DNA of 64,000 bases from Candidatus Moraniibacteriota bacterium. GTDB taxonomy: Bacteria > Patescibacteriota > Minisyncoccia > Moranbacterales > GCA-2747515. Shown here piece by piece: positions 28,736-39,780 of the stretch; within the stretch, counting starts at the first letter, position 1, and each line of letters opens with the position of its first letter. Location of the stretch: positions 5,714 to 69,713 of the forward strand of contig JALVQA010000013.1 in the NCBI GenBank assembly GCA_027031495.1. Reading direction: 5' to 3'. The notes below the pieces were generated by a model. That model had not been told where the DNA came from and did no database searches. It saw only the letters and a list, made by a program, of their open reading frames with translations. Both the position numbers and the translations under genes were made by a program.

Positions 28736-29485
28736 ATGCTTTCTCTCAAAAATTTCAGTGTATCAGTTGGTGATAAAGAAATTCTCCATAATCTTTCTGT
28801 CGTATTTCATCCCGGAAAAATCTATGCCATTATGGGTCCGAACGGCTCAGGCAAATCAACGCTTGCACGTGCTATTATGGGTGACCCTTCCTTTCATATT
28901 GGCACAGACGCTCTCATGACACTAACATGCGAGAACACAACACATGATCTCAAAGAGCTAAGCACCGACAAACGTGCGCGTCTCGGCATCTTTCTCTCGC
29001 AACAGTCACCGCCAACCATTGATGGCGTTACCGTACGCGATGTACTGCGCGCGTCACTTATGGATGTACGCAAAAAGGCCGGCCACAGTGCCCTTGACCT
29101 TAAAAAGGAGATTGAAAAAACGGCGCGCACACTTGCCATTCCGGTAGAGCTTCTTGATCGGTCACTCAATGACGGTTTCAGTGGTGGCGAGCGTAAAAAA
29201 ATGGAAGTCTTGCAAATGGCACTCCTTGATCCGCACCATATTATTTTGGATGAGATTGATACCGGCGTGGATGTGGATGCGCTCAAAACTATTGCCACAT
29301 TTCTTGCAGATTATATCAAGGATACCACAAAAACACTGATCATCATTACACATTCAACACGCATTCTTCACCACCTTCCACCGGAACAGACAATCATCCT
29401 TCGCAACGGACAGATTGTCGCTACAGGTGATATAACGCTCGCACAGCGCATTGAAGAACATGGCTTTGATGTTATTGCTAGTTAG
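28736..29485 (+). CDS. sufC: Fe-S assembly ATPase SufC
   Basis: GPNGSGKST, LNDGFSGGERKK, LDEIDTG, IITH; start at MLSLK. Confidence 0.95.
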   Translation: MLSLKNFSVSVGDKEILHNLSVVFHPGKIYAIMGPNGSGKSTLARAIMGDPSFHIGTDALMTLTCENTTHDLKELSTDKRARLGIFLSQQSPPTIDGVTVRDVLRASLMDVRKKAGHSALDLKKEIEKTARTLAIPVELLDRSLNDGFSGGERKKMEVLQMALLDPHHIILDEIDTGVDVDALKTIATFLADYIKDTTKTLIIITHSTRILHHLPPEQTIILRNGQIVATGDITLAQRIEEHGFDVIAS

Positions 29486-29494
29486 GCCTCGTTT

Positions 29495-30895
29495 ATGAAT
29501 AACCCATCACGACACAATCAGATCACAGCAAAGCATGACTTTTCCATGCCGGAGGTGTTTGTGGCGAAAACCGAGCGCGGCTTAGATGAGAATGTCGTCG
29601 CAAAAATTAGCGCACTCAAGAAAGAACCGGCGTGGATGCGTGAGCGTCGCATTGCCGCATACAAAATGTTTAAACAGAAAAAGCTTCCAACATGGGGTGC
29701 CGACCTTTCCGGCATCAAATTTGACGATATCATCTATTACTTGCGCGCCACGGATGAACGGAAACACTCCTGGGACGAACTGCCACCGGAAGTCAAAGAG
29801 ACCTATGACCGCATCGGTGTCCCGGCGCATGAAAAAGAGTGGCTCGCCGGTGTAAGCGCCCAGTACGAAAGCGAAGTTGTCTATGAGAACATCACCAAGG
29901 AACTTGCTAAGCAGGGTGTGATTTTTTGTGACATGGATACAGCTGTCAAAAAATATTCCTCACTCGTCAAAAAATACTTTGGTACACTCGTCCCTGATAG
30001 CGATAACACTTTTGCTGCGCTCAATGGTGCGGTCTGGAGCGGTGGCTCTTTTGTCTACGTGCCAAAAGGCGTAAAAGTTACCATGCCGCTACAGGCATAC
30101 TTTCGCATCAACACGGAACGCTTCGGACAGTTTGAGCGCACCATCATCATCGCTGATGAAGGCGCAGATGTGCACTATATGGAGGGCTGCACTGCGCCGA
30201 CGTATGGGAATGCGTCGCTACACGCTGCCGTCGTGGAGGTTTTCGCTCTTAAGAACGCACGCGTGCGTTATACAACTGTGCAAAACTGGAGTACAAATAT
30301 TTACAACCTCGTGACTAAACGCGCACAAGCGGCAGAGAATGCAACTGTCACGTGGGTTGACTGTAACCTCGGCAGCGGTGTAACGATGAAGTACCCGGCG
30401 GTATATCTCATTGGCAAACGTGCGCGTGGCGAGGTTCTCTCTATTGCACTGGCCGGCAAGGAGCAACATCAAGACGCCGGTGCCAAGATGATCCATCTCG
30501 CACCACATACCAGAAGCCGTATTATTTCTAAATCCATCTCTAAGGATGGCGGACGCAGTAGCTATCGCGGACGCGTTTTTATCGCCAACGGTGCAAAGTA
30601 CGCAAAAAACTACGTTCAGTGTGATGCGCTTCTTCTTGATGACCGCTCTCGTTCCGATACATACCCAACAATAGCTGTCCATGAAAAAACGGCGCATGTT
30701 GAGCATGAAGCAAGTGTTGCAACGATTGACAAAGAAAAGCTCTTCTACCTTGTCTCACGCGGTCTCTCAGAAACACACGCGCGCGGCCTCATTGTCAATG
30801 GCTTTATTGATACGGTCGCCAAAGAAATTCCTTTTGAATACGCTGTTGAACTCTACCGCCTCATTAACCTTGAGATGGAGAAAAGTATTGGCTAA
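29495..30895 (+). CDS. sufB: Fe-S assembly protein SufB
   Basis: AQYESEVVY, AVWSGGSF, GQFERT, EGCTAP, TMKYP, EHEA, EKSIG. Confidence 0.98.
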   Translation: MNNPSRHNQITAKHDFSMPEVFVAKTERGLDENVVAKISALKKEPAWMRERRIAAYKMFKQKKLPTWGADLSGIKFDDIIYYLRATDERKHSWDELPPEVKETYDRIGVPAHEKEWLAGVSAQYESEVVYENITKELAKQGVIFCDMDTAVKKYSSLVKKYFGTLVPDSDNTFAALNGAVWSGGSFVYVPKGVKVTMPLQAYFRINTERFGQFERTIIIADEGADVHYMEGCTAPTYGNASLHAAVVEVFALKNARVRYTTVQNWSTNIYNLVTKRAQAAENATVTWVDCNLGSGVTMKYPAVYLIGKRARGEVLSIALAGKEQHQDAGAKMIHLAPHTRSRIISKSISKDGGRSSYRGRVFIANGAKYAKNYVQCDALLLDDRSRSDTYPTIAVHEKTAHVEHEASVATIDKEKLFYLVSRGLSETHARGLIVNGFIDTVAKEIPFEYAVELYRLINLEMEKSIG

Positions 30896-30925
30896 TCTTG
30901 TAATTTTTGCATTATACATCTTACT

Positions 30926-32422
30926 ATGGAAAGGAAAACACCAACACACCAATCACATGACAAAAAATCTGATATACCACGCCTTGAGGATACTATCTTT
31001 AAAAAAGAAGATGCGCTGAAGCTTCTTCGCAGTGGGAGCAAAGAAACACACGCGACAAAACAAAGAGATACAGAAAAAGAGATGTATATTGCATCACCTA
31101 CAGAGAATACTCGCAAACGTAGGCGCTCAACCATTATGTCATCAACGCTTAACGCACCGCCACGACGCCGCCAACCACACACAATAAAGAAACATGGCAC
31201 TGTTGTCTCATCAGCACGTTATGGCTTTAATGTAAATGCCTCTGACCAAAGAGCGCGACAAGTACGGGAAGAGATATCTTTACCAAAAGCAAAAGAACAC
31301 GATGAGATACAACAGCATGAAAGAAATGTTGGACGCATTACTAATGAAAAAGTGGAAAATCCAAAACGTCGCGCCTTTTTAAAGAAAACTCTTTACTTTG
31401 GGGGTGGTTTTGCGACTGGTTTACTTGGTGGCTACAAAACACTTGAGACACTTTCTCGAAAAAAAGAACACGAAAAGCGCGAAAAGCGCGAGGCGTCACA
31501 TCCGATTGAATGGTATATTGAAAATGGGAAGATTCCAACCGCAGAGGACGGTCCTCGCCTTGCACAAGCAGCATATGAGCGTCAACTACATCATCTATTA
31601 AGTTATGATGAACGCAACGAAGCTGATGATTTTAAGGCGGCAGTGTATCGTATAGCTGCTGCACAGCCGGAAAGAATTGCGGCCACTTTTGCAGAGAGGG
31701 GGTTTTCTATGAAAGTAGCATTTGGCCTTCCTATTCAGGAGTCGTTTTTCAGAACCGGTATACGGTCGCGATCAGATGCGCTCGGTCCGTATCAGATCAA
31801 AGAGCGCACAGCGCGCGCAATTATTCACCAAGATCCGGATCTTGAAGATTATGCCGCTCTCTCACGCGCAACACTGCGCAAAGAGCTCCTCAATAACCCT
31901 CTCCTTAGCGCAAAAATTTCCGCCGCAATTCTTGCCGCAGAAAAAGAAGCTTATCAAGACGAAAAACTTGCATTGACCGCATATAACACAGGACGCTCCC
32001 TTGGTGGCGTACGAGAAGAGCTTATCAAAAGAAAACTGCCTTTCACTTATGAAAATTTCACAAAGATCATAGCGGAAAGAATTGCAAATGTTATGCAACA
32101 AGAGTACGCGCATGGTTTTTACACAATCAAACGTGGCGATACATTTACACACCTCCACCGCATTTTTCCACAATACTCAAAAGAAAAACTTTTGGAGATG
32201 GTTGGTGGTTCCGTTAATCTCATTGCCGGCGCACAAACAAAAATACCCCTTTCGCAACACATGATCGCAAAGCGCATCAAAGAAAAAGTGAAAAAAGATA
32301 TTGAAATGCTGGAATATGCCGCAAAAGTACGCGCCGCCGGCGATGCACTTGACTATACGCCGCTTTTTCAGGTTGCAAGAGAATTTGCTGAAGAATCAGG
32401 TATAAATATTGCACTAAATTAA
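30926..32422 (+). CDS. Lytic transglycosylase (SLT)-like protein with LysM-like segment and internal twin-Arg/TM motif
   Basis: QES..ALGPYQI, AYNTG, YTIKRGDT; KRRAFLKK at aa ~147. Confidence 0.75.
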   Translation: MERKTPTHQSHDKKSDIPRLEDTIFKKEDALKLLRSGSKETHATKQRDTEKEMYIASPTENTRKRRRSTIMSSTLNAPPRRRQPHTIKKHGTVVSSARYGFNVNASDQRARQVREEISLPKAKEHDEIQQHERNVGRITNEKVENPKRRAFLKKTLYFGGGFATGLLGGYKTLETLSRKKEHEKREKREASHPIEWYIENGKIPTAEDGPRLAQAAYERQLHHLLSYDERNEADDFKAAVYRIAAAQPERIAATFAERGFSMKVAFGLPIQESFFRTGIRSRSDALGPYQIKERTARAIIHQDPDLEDYAALSRATLRKELLNNPLLSAKISAAILAAEKEAYQDEKLALTAYNTGRSLGGVREELIKRKLPFTYENFTKIIAERIANVMQQEYAHGFYTIKRGDTFTHLHRIFPQYSKEKLLEMVGGSVNLIAGAQTKIPLSQHMIAKRIKEKVKKDIEMLEYAAKVRAAGDALDYTPLFQVAREFAEESGINIALN

Positions 32423-32445
32423 GAAATGCCTATCGGGAAAAAACC

Positions 32446-32994
32446 ATGACATTACACGACATCACAACTGAAAATAACACAACGTATACCATTACCAGTG
32501 GTGGCACGCACATATTCTACTTTACAAATAAAAGTGAAACTTTGACCTTCCGGATTAAGCATTCTGAGGCACGTGTATACATCTTTGGGTCTTATGATAT
32601 GTCAGACACTCAGAAATGCACGCTTTCAACAATACAACACCACACTGTTCGTGGCGCACAAAGTCACGTACTTATCAAAAGCGTACTGCGTGATAGCGCA
32701 CGCCTCGTATACAACGGTATGATTCGCGTCGATGCTTCCGCAGGTAAAACACGCGCAACACTCGCGCATCATTCACTTCTGTTAAGTAATGACATATTTG
32801 TTAGAACATCGCCACAACTGGAGGTATTGCCATCAACCGTTTCGTGTACACATGCCGCAACAATTACCATGCCAAATCCACTGCATGTATACTATCTGAT
32901 GAGTCGCGGTATAGCAGAAAAAAAAGCGCATGCCATTATCGCAGAAGAATTCCTCAATGAACTTAAACAAAAAATTACAGAATACGCTACATAA
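32446..32994 (+). CDS. sufD: Short SufD-like protein (C-terminal part only)
   Basis: G.I.V, LLLS, PQLEV, CTHAAT, YYLMSRGI. Confidence 0.8.
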   Translation: MTLHDITTENNTTYTITSGGTHIFYFTNKSETLTFRIKHSEARVYIFGSYDMSDTQKCTLSTIQHHTVRGAQSHVLIKSVLRDSARLVYNGMIRVDASAGKTRATLAHHSLLLSNDIFVRTSPQLEVLPSTVSCTHAATITMPNPLHVYYLMSRGIAEKKAHAIIAEEFLNELKQKITEYAT

Positions 32995-32995
32995 A

Positions 32996-33021
32996 AAAAG
33001 CCCTGCATATGCAGGGCTTTT
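32996..33021. terminator. Bidirectional terminator
   Basis: AAAAGCCCTGCA-TA-TGCAGGGCTTTT between convergent genes. Confidence 0.8.
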
Positions 33022-33045
33022 ATTCTCTCTCGTCGCATCTACGTA

Positions 33046-34314
33046 CTAGCGAACCGTTACCCTCACAACTCTATCGGCCTTGTTGCCCGCCTTGTCGTAG
33101 GCGCGTACCTCAAGTTTGTATGTACCGCGCGGTGTATGTGCCGGAACAACAAAATATGCATTGCGTGTTTTCACCTTTTTGCCACGCCAGAAATAGCGGT
33201 AGCGTTTTATTTTGTGATTATCCGTCACCTTCCACCAAATTCGCTGCCCGGGACGTTTTGTGAGTTTTCGCGGCAGATCCGTAAATACCGGCTTCTCTGT
33301 ATCCACAAAGATTTTATATGCACCCTTTGTATCTATTTTATTGCCATGTTTGTCGTAGAACCTAAACGTTAATTTATACGACCTTCCATTACGGAATGCG
33401 ATTGTTCCACTCCACTTACCGGTTGCATTTGAGATTGTTGTTTCGCCAATTTTTTCCTTCTTGTTATAGATTTTTACCTTACCGCCTTTAAGATATTCGT
33501 TTGTGCCACTAAATGTTACATGACGCTTTGTGATGTACGTTGTATGATGCTTTGATAATTTAACTTTTTTCTTCTGATTGCTAATTTTTGTTCGCGGTCG
33601 CTCAGCTTCTATATTTGTATTGATACTATATCCCGTTTCGGTTGCTGTTGCACTGCCACCAACATTGTCCACTGCGCGTATTACAAGAGAGCCCTTTCCA
33701 TCAATCGACATTGTGCACGTTACTTTTGTGCTACTTACCTGCGTACAGGAAAAGTCTGTCACTGTTACAGTCGTATCACTGTCCACTGTAACATTTGCTG
33801 CCGCAATAGCCGTATCGTCAGTTACCGTCACAGTTGTGTCCGTAATTGCGACCGTATCCTCCTTTGTGTCCGCATCGATGGTTATAACGGGTGGACGAAC
33901 GATTGTATAACTTTCCGATGTACCAACCGCGTCATCGTAATCATTGCCGGCAAGGTCCTCAATATTATCAACTGCCGTGCGCACGACAAGCGACAATATA
34001 CCGTCCGCCGTTTCCACCTCAACATCGTAAATGCTTTGAGAAATTTCGGTCACACTTTTGATACTGCTCTTTGTAGCGCCTGTGCCTGCAAGTGCAAAGT
34101 CACCGCTACTTACATTCATCACAGCCTCACTGAATGTTATACGAAACGTTACAGTCTCTGCATCTGTTGTTGCGGATGTCGGTGATTGCCGAACAATGCT
34201 CGTGATCGTTGGCGCTGTTGTATCAGCGGCATATGCACTTCCCGTACCACCAAGCAAGCACATTGTCACAAGAAGACCGATGCTTCTGATAAGAATGTTT
34301 TTTCGTACAAACAT
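33046..34314 (-). CDS. Secreted Ig-like domain protein with basic C-terminal Ig domains
   Basis: AYA signal; DTTAPT..VTFRITFSEAV..DLAGN; DTEKP..AYDKAGN. Confidence 0.75.
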   Translation of the reverse strand: MFVRKNILIRSIGLLVTMCLLGGTGSAYAADTTAPTITSIVRQSPTSATTDAETVTFRITFSEAVMNVSSGDFALAGTGATKSSIKSVTEISQSIYDVEVETADGILSLVVRTAVDNIEDLAGNDYDDAVGTSESYTIVRPPVITIDADTKEDTVAITDTTVTVTDDTAIAAANVTVDSDTTVTVTDFSCTQVSSTKVTCTMSIDGKGSLVIRAVDNVGGSATATETGYSINTNIEAERPRTKISNQKKKVKLSKHHTTYITKRHVTFSGTNEYLKGGKVKIYNKKEKIGETTISNATGKWSGTIAFRNGRSYKLTFRFYDKHGNKIDTKGAYKIFVDTEKPVFTDLPRKLTKRPGQRIWWKVTDNHKIKRYRYFWRGKKVKTRNAYFVVPAHTPRGTYKLEVRAYDKAGNKADRVVRVTVR

Positions 34315-34383
34315 AATATTATGCTGAAAATAATAAAGGTTGTATACTGTATTCTTAAAGTATAACACATAATAATATACTAT

Positions 34384-35178
34384 TTATTGCAATTTGTCAA
34401 TGTTGCAAACACTATCCTCTCCAAAATCACCAGCAAGAAAACGTGCACGCTGTTGTTGTGGCATGCGTTCAATAGCATAACGAAGCATCGTGCGAGGCAT
34501 ATACTGGTAATTGCGCTCTATAAATGCTTCAACACACTCTTGTGCGCGCGTGCCAGCGTCTGCGTGCTTTTTATTCTCGCCTACTTTCCAGCACTCGCGC
34601 AGCATCCATCCGACCGCTTTGTGAATAAGATCCTCTGTATCCGAAAGAAGATGCTGTGCAAGACTAAGTGTTACACGCACATCTCCCTCTTTAATAAATG
34701 CCCATGACGCGACAATACCAATGCGCCGCTCCCACAAGAGTGGCGACTTTACCAAACGCGTAAGAAGTGCGCGTTCTTTGAGGCTATCATAGACTGCATA
34801 ACCAACAAGTTGCCGTGCCGAGACATCCACCAAATCCCAACTATTAACCCATTGTGTGTTTTTCAAGTAGAAATCGACGCATGCACGCTGGTGTTTGCGA
34901 TCACCTCTTTGTCGCGCGCGCATACTCTGCATAACAACTATAATAATTGCAAGAAGGCGTTCTTCATGTATTGCAGAATGAAGCAAGTGCTCCACATCAT
35001 CTAGAGACATGTTCACATACTGGCGCGCTACACGTCGTACATCAGGTACACGTACACCGATAAATTGATCACCCTCGCCATAGCATCCCTTTCCCGTTTT
35101 GAAAAAACGCTCATTAATTGCTTTACGTTCTTTGTTGACATAAGAATGCAAGAGTCGCCGCACAGAAGAAACATCCAT
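34384..35178 (-). CDS. AlkD-like DNA alkylation repair protein
   Basis: FFKTGKG.YGEGD.F.G, NSWDLVD, LWERR, HKAVGWMLRE, RYAIE. Confidence 0.92.
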   Translation of the reverse strand: MDVSSVRRLLHSYVNKERKAINERFFKTGKGCYGEGDQFIGVRVPDVRRVARQYVNMSLDDVEHLLHSAIHEERLLAIIIVVMQSMRARQRGDRKHQRACVDFYLKNTQWVNSWDLVDVSARQLVGYAVYDSLKERALLTRLVKSPLLWERRIGIVASWAFIKEGDVRVTLSLAQHLLSDTEDLIHKAVGWMLRECWKVGENKKHADAGTRAQECVEAFIERNYQYMPRTMLRYAIERMPQQQRARFLAGDFGEDSVCNIDKLQ

Positions 35179-35198
35179 AAACTTTTAAGAATTATTAG

Positions 35199-36215
35199 TC
35201 ATTTTTTTCCTCTATCCAATGCGCGCGTAATAAGGTGTGTAATAAACGCTGTATACGACACACCGATCGCTGCAAGTGCTTGTGGCACAAAAGACGTCGG
35301 CGTCATGCCCGGCAGTGTATTAACTTCAAGAAAGACAATAGTACCATCATCACCAACAATAAAGTCACTGCGTGAGTAATCGCGCAAACCAAGTGTTGCA
35401 TGTATCGTTATCGCCGCATTAGCGATAGCACGCCTCGTCTGTGCATCTACTCTTGCAGGACATATCTCTCGTGTTTTACCGCTGTATTTTGCATCATAAT
35501 CAAAGAACGGCTGATTTTCATCAAGTACAACTTCTACAAGTGGCAATGCTTGGATATCTTTACCATTTAGCCCTTCCACTACAGCGCATGTTACTTCACG
35601 ACCAGCGCTATAGCGCTCAATAACAGCATCATCTCCATCATCCACAACCACACTAATAGCATCTTCACATTTTTTAATTGTATCAGTAGTTATATCATCG
35701 CGTATAATTGTCACACCCAAAGAGGAGCCGCCATGTACCGGCTTTACCACACACGGAAAACCGACAGTATGCTTTAATGTTGTCATACACATATCTCCTT
35801 GTGTGCGCCACATATCTTGTGCGATGACGTAACGCGGTGCAACTACTACAGGGGACTTTAGCACATCGACTACTTTGGCATGTGTAAGCGCCTTACTCAT
35901 ACCAATGCGCGATGCTGCCGCACCCGTACCTACATATGGTATATTGTTTTCATCAAGAAGCGCTTGAACAGTACCATCCTCTCCATACGTGCCGTGCAGA
36001 CCAATTAATGCGACGTCAACACCATCAAGAGCCTCTTGCGGTGATGCAAACACTCTCCCATTACTTGTCCATGTGATATCTTTACGGATAACAATATCAC
36101 GCACCGCAAAACGCTCTCTATCTATATGCGAGAGCATGCCAGCACCGGTGCGCAGTGAAACGTCGTATTCACTTGATGGCCCGCCGCGCAATACGGCAAC
36201 AAGTGGCTTTGTCAT
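35199..36215 (-). CDS. ddl: D-alanine--D-alanine ligase
   Basis: GGPSSEYDVS, HGTYGEDG, GSSLG, DYDAKY, EVNTLPG. Confidence 0.96.
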   Translation of the reverse strand: MTKPLVAVLRGGPSSEYDVSLRTGAGMLSHIDRERFAVRDIVIRKDITWTSNGRVFASPQEALDGVDVALIGLHGTYGEDGTVQALLDENNIPYVGTGAAASRIGMSKALTHAKVVDVLKSPVVVAPRYVIAQDMWRTQGDMCMTTLKHTVGFPCVVKPVHGGSSLGVTIIRDDITTDTIKKCEDAISVVVDDGDDAVIERYSAGREVTCAVVEGLNGKDIQALPLVEVVLDENQPFFDYDAKYSGKTREICPARVDAQTRRAIANAAITIHATLGLRDYSRSDFIVGDDGTIVFLEVNTLPGMTPTSFVPQALAAIGVSYTAFITHLITRALDRGKK

Positions 36216-36366
36216 AATATTCCTTGCACTTTAATTACATAATCAATAATAACCATTCACACCTTTCATAATACCATCAAAAACAAAAACTCCCCGCACC
36301 TGTATGGAGGAATTTTTGTCGCATATTACCACTTAGAACAACGAAATAAATACCGATGCTTTCTCA

Positions 36367-37869
36367 TTACTTATCTGCATCATCCTCATCAGACACTTTA
36401 CGTTCTTTGTGTGAACGTGAGCGCTTCGCCTTCTTTCCTTGTGAGGTGCGATGACGCACTGTTGTTATGTACCAAAGAAGTGCGGCAATAAGCGCTAAGA
36501 GTGCAACGACAACAAGTCTGTATACTACAAGTAGCCGAGAGTTCTGCACACTAGAAGATTGTGCACCTTGCGACGTATTTTGCTGCGTATCTGTCACCGC
36601 GCTCGTTGGTGCCGTATGTACAGCACTGTCCTCGGATGACGAACGTGTAGATACGTCATTGGACGCAGACGCATCGCTTCCACCATTGCTATGCGTTACA
36701 TTCTGTTCATTCTCTGTGCTACTACCTGATTCTTCAATAATAAAAGCATGCTCCTCCGTTTGTAACACTTGCTCACCATCACGATATCCAACGAGATACC
36801 ACCGATACCATCGTCCCGGTGTCAACAGCGCACGTGAGAGTGTGTAGCGATCTGCTTCCTTATCCACTTCCGTATCAAAGAACACAACACCTGTCATGTT
36901 TTTCATTGCGAGAACAACTTTATCGAGATGCTCCGTGCCAGCTGCCTGCCAACGAAATGTTGGTGTTACACTATTGATGTGCTCTCCATCCATTGGTGAT
37001 AGCGGCACCAGCTGTACAGTTGATGCCGTCTCATCAGCACTGTCAACGTTATCACTGGCAGTGCTAGATTCATCGTCAGTATCATCACTAGAAGAATCAC
37101 TTTCTTCCTCTTCTGTTAAAGCAGAATCTTCTTCCGGAGCAACGCCATCGTCAGATGCATCAGAACTTTCATCCGCATCATCATCACCAGTTGCATCTTC
37201 GACACTGCCGACGCCCGGCACAATATCCATTATATCACCAAGAAATCTGCCAAGAGGCAATGTATTGCTGTATTCTACCGTAATATACGCTGGTGTCGTA
37301 TTATCATCAATTGCGATGAGCCAACCGGCATCTCTACGACCAAGAGAGAGGCCATTTGACAAATTGACATGCCCATCCAACCATTCTTTTATCAGTGGTG
37401 TAATATCAACAAAATGCCAGCCACTGTCAAATGTTAAAGGCGCTGATATGACATCATGACCAACAACTGAAGCCGGTTGATGTGCCCATGTTACATCAGT
37501 GCCATCACTCCATGGATGTGCGGCCGGTGCGATGCGCAAACGACCATGATCTGTCCCCATATGCGACAGTATACGAAAGTAGAGACGAGCACGCACAACA
37601 TCACTTGATGAGCGACGTTCTATGGCATCGAGATCAAACCGAACATAACTGTGCGCCAGCGTTCGCTCAGATGTGTGTGGATCTGTATAATCCGCAATAA
37701 GAATAAATGGACGCGACGCAAAACTCGTATGTTGGTGTGCAAAATCAATATACGTGCCAGCTACGCGATCTGCGCGGAAGGTTTTCGCGACAGCATCATG
37801 CGCACCAAACAAAAGCACCGCAACAATTATACTGGTGGCTGCAGCGCGTGTAACTGTTTCAATAGACAT
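36367..37869 (-). CDS. Membrane-anchored surface protein with DNRLRE-like domain and acidic linkers
   Basis: SYVRFDL..A.L, VTW..QP, W..VDIT.L...W....N.G; C-terminal TM and basic tail; start at MSIET. Confidence 0.65.
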   Translation of the reverse strand: MSIETVTRAAATSIIVAVLLFGAHDAVAKTFRADRVAGTYIDFAHQHTSFASRPFILIADYTDPHTSERTLAHSYVRFDLDAIERRSSSDVVRARLYFRILSHMGTDHGRLRIAPAAHPWSDGTDVTWAHQPASVVGHDVISAPLTFDSGWHFVDITPLIKEWLDGHVNLSNGLSLGRRDAGWLIAIDDNTTPAYITVEYSNTLPLGRFLGDIMDIVPGVGSVEDATGDDDADESSDASDDGVAPEEDSALTEEEESDSSSDDTDDESSTASDNVDSADETASTVQLVPLSPMDGEHINSVTPTFRWQAAGTEHLDKVVLAMKNMTGVVFFDTEVDKEADRYTLSRALLTPGRWYRWYLVGYRDGEQVLQTEEHAFIIEESGSSTENEQNVTHSNGGSDASASNDVSTRSSSEDSAVHTAPTSAVTDTQQNTSQGAQSSSVQNSRLLVVYRLVVVALLALIAALLWYITTVRHRTSQGKKAKRSRSHKERKVSDEDDADK

Positions 37870-38010
37870 AGTCGTATGGTGTTTAATAAACAACATGCCA
37901 CTATCTCCACTTTCACGCGCCAACGATCCACAGCCCTTTTTGTCTATTGTATACCTGTTGTCAGGTACTGTCCAGGAATGCCAATGCAGTGACGATGCTT
38001 GCAATATACG

Positions 38011-39780
38011 TTAGAATGCACCGATATTACCACCATCTGTCGCCGCACCTTTTGCCGGAGAACCATCCTTGAGATGAAAATCCCCCGCCGCCGGATTGAC
38101 AAACTGCGGATCGCCAACAATCGTGTTAATGCCATCGTACGGCACCATATCACTGTCCCATTTATGTGCACCATTTTGCGGACCATTGATGAGGTTGTTT
38201 TCTATCTTGATATTCTTTGCAAGAAGATCCGCCTCACCGCCACCATATTGATCCTTTGCATAGGCAATCTGAAAGTCTGCACTGTCACTGATAATATTGT
38301 CATGGATTGCAACATTCTTAATATTAGCACTATAGATGTTAAGACCGCCACCAATCCATCCGCCATCTATGCCATGCCCACTGTGCACGATTGTGTTCTT
38401 GTAAATCTTAACATTTTCACGTGGACCATTTGCGCCAAAGCGTGAGATATAGATGCCATTGCCAGCATTGTTATACAGGAGATTATGGTGGAATGATATA
38501 TTTTTTGCAAGATCGGGGTTTTCAGAACTCAGCGCAAATCCCATAAAGCCGCATCCTCGCCCGATGTTGCTGTAAATTTCAATATCATGCAGTCCACCAA
38601 ATCCAGCGTCCACATAGTAACATTGTCGCGCAATATTTTCTACGAGGTTGTGATGCACTTTACCATTGCCACTATTCTCTTTTACGTCAATACCTTCTTT
38701 GTGAGAGTCGTGGATATGATTGTATGCAATTTCAAAATTTTGCACACCCATTGTGCTAATTGCTTCATGCGGCGCTTCTCCACCACCATAACCCGCCATT
38801 GCCATACTGTTGTCCGTCGCGCCGATAATCGTATTGTGTAAGATGCGCACATCATGCGGGTTCTGACAGCCGTTATTGGCAATGCTCAGTGTGTTAATGC
38901 CGGATGAAAAGGTATGTTTGGTTGTATTGCCGATAATATCCACGTGGTGTGCACTGCACACAGAAATGCCACTGCTTTGTGCATTGTGCACCTGCAAATT
39001 CTCAATACGAATATAGCTCACCCCATTGCTGATAAGAATCGCACCATAGTCACGATCATCAAGCGCAACGCTTCTGCCAGAAAAGTCCAGAATTACCGTT
39101 TCCCCTGGATAGCCGGCAAACGTAATCCACGCGTCCGGTGTGCCAGAGTTTTTCGGCTCCACGCGCTCTGTCAACTGGTATGTCCCATCGCGCACATAGA
39201 CGGTCTGCCCCGCTGTTAGTGTTTCTGCTGCATGCTGTAGCGTTGCCCACGGCTTGTCTTTTGTGCCGGGATTGCTATCAGAGCCATTTGGCGCGACATA
39301 AAATGCTCCCGCCACTTCCGGCTGTGGCGTATAGTTCTCCGCACCGTAGATACTCTCATCCATTACAGGCGGCTCTACATTGTCCGTGTCTGCCATAGTA
39401 GATGATGCTGTGCGTTGTGTTGTACCCGTATCAACAACAATCCTGTTTGCGCCGCCAATTGCAACAAGAGAACTACTACTGCCCCCGGTAGAGCTCCTTG
39501 TTGAAATACGAACATTGTTACTGCCGGTCCCTCCTCCGTTCGTTGTTGACGTATCCGTACCCACACTCGTCGTTGTACTTAATGGCGCTGTCGGTGCAAC
39601 TGGCACACCCATTGACTGCACCGTTCTTTGTAACGCCTGGACACGTGCCTGGAGTTGATCGTGCGTTTGCAAATCTGATTGCTGTGGCTGTGTAATAACA
39701 CCCTTCCCCACAAAATACGTCGTGATTAACGCTATGAGCGTAAGAACGATTTTTAATAATTGCTGTAGGATTGCTTGCAT
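38011..39780 (-). CDS. Right-handed beta-helix (pectin-lyase-like, DUF1565) secreted protein
   Basis: FYVAPNGSDSNPGT..PW.T, GTY, repeated I..N.I strands, DPQFVN...GDFHL..GSPA. Confidence 0.85.
   Translation of the reverse strand: MQAILQQLLKIVLTLIALITTYFVGKGVITQPQQSDLQTHDQLQARVQALQRTVQSMGVPVAPTAPLSTTTSVGTDTSTTNGGGTGSNNVRISTRSSTGGSSSSLVAIGGANRIVVDTGTTQRTASSTMADTDNVEPPVMDESIYGAENYTPQPEVAGAFYVAPNGSDSNPGTKDKPWATLQHAAETLTAGQTVYVRDGTYQLTERVEPKNSGTPDAWITFAGYPGETVILDFSGRSVALDDRDYGAILISNGVSYIRIENLQVHNAQSSGISVCSAHHVDIIGNTTKHTFSSGINTLSIANNGCQNPHDVRILHNTIIGATDNSMAMAGYGGGEAPHEAISTMGVQNFEIAYNHIHDSHKEGIDVKENSGNGKVHHNLVENIARQCYYVDAGFGGLHDIEIYSNIGRGCGFMGFALSSENPDLAKNISFHHNLLYNNAGNGIYISRFGANGPRENVKIYKNTIVHSGHGIDGGWIGGGLNIYSANIKNVAIHDNIISDSADFQIAYAKDQYGGGEADLLAKNIKIENNLINGPQNGAHKWDSDMVPYDGINTIVGDPQFVNPAAGDFHLKDGSPAKGAATDGGNIGAF

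Noticed and set aside
32446-32994. Short sufD as a pseudogene broken by the SLT insertion
   Set aside because: Open frame with ATG, intact C-terminal motifs and its own terminator; no leftover N-terminal half near sufB
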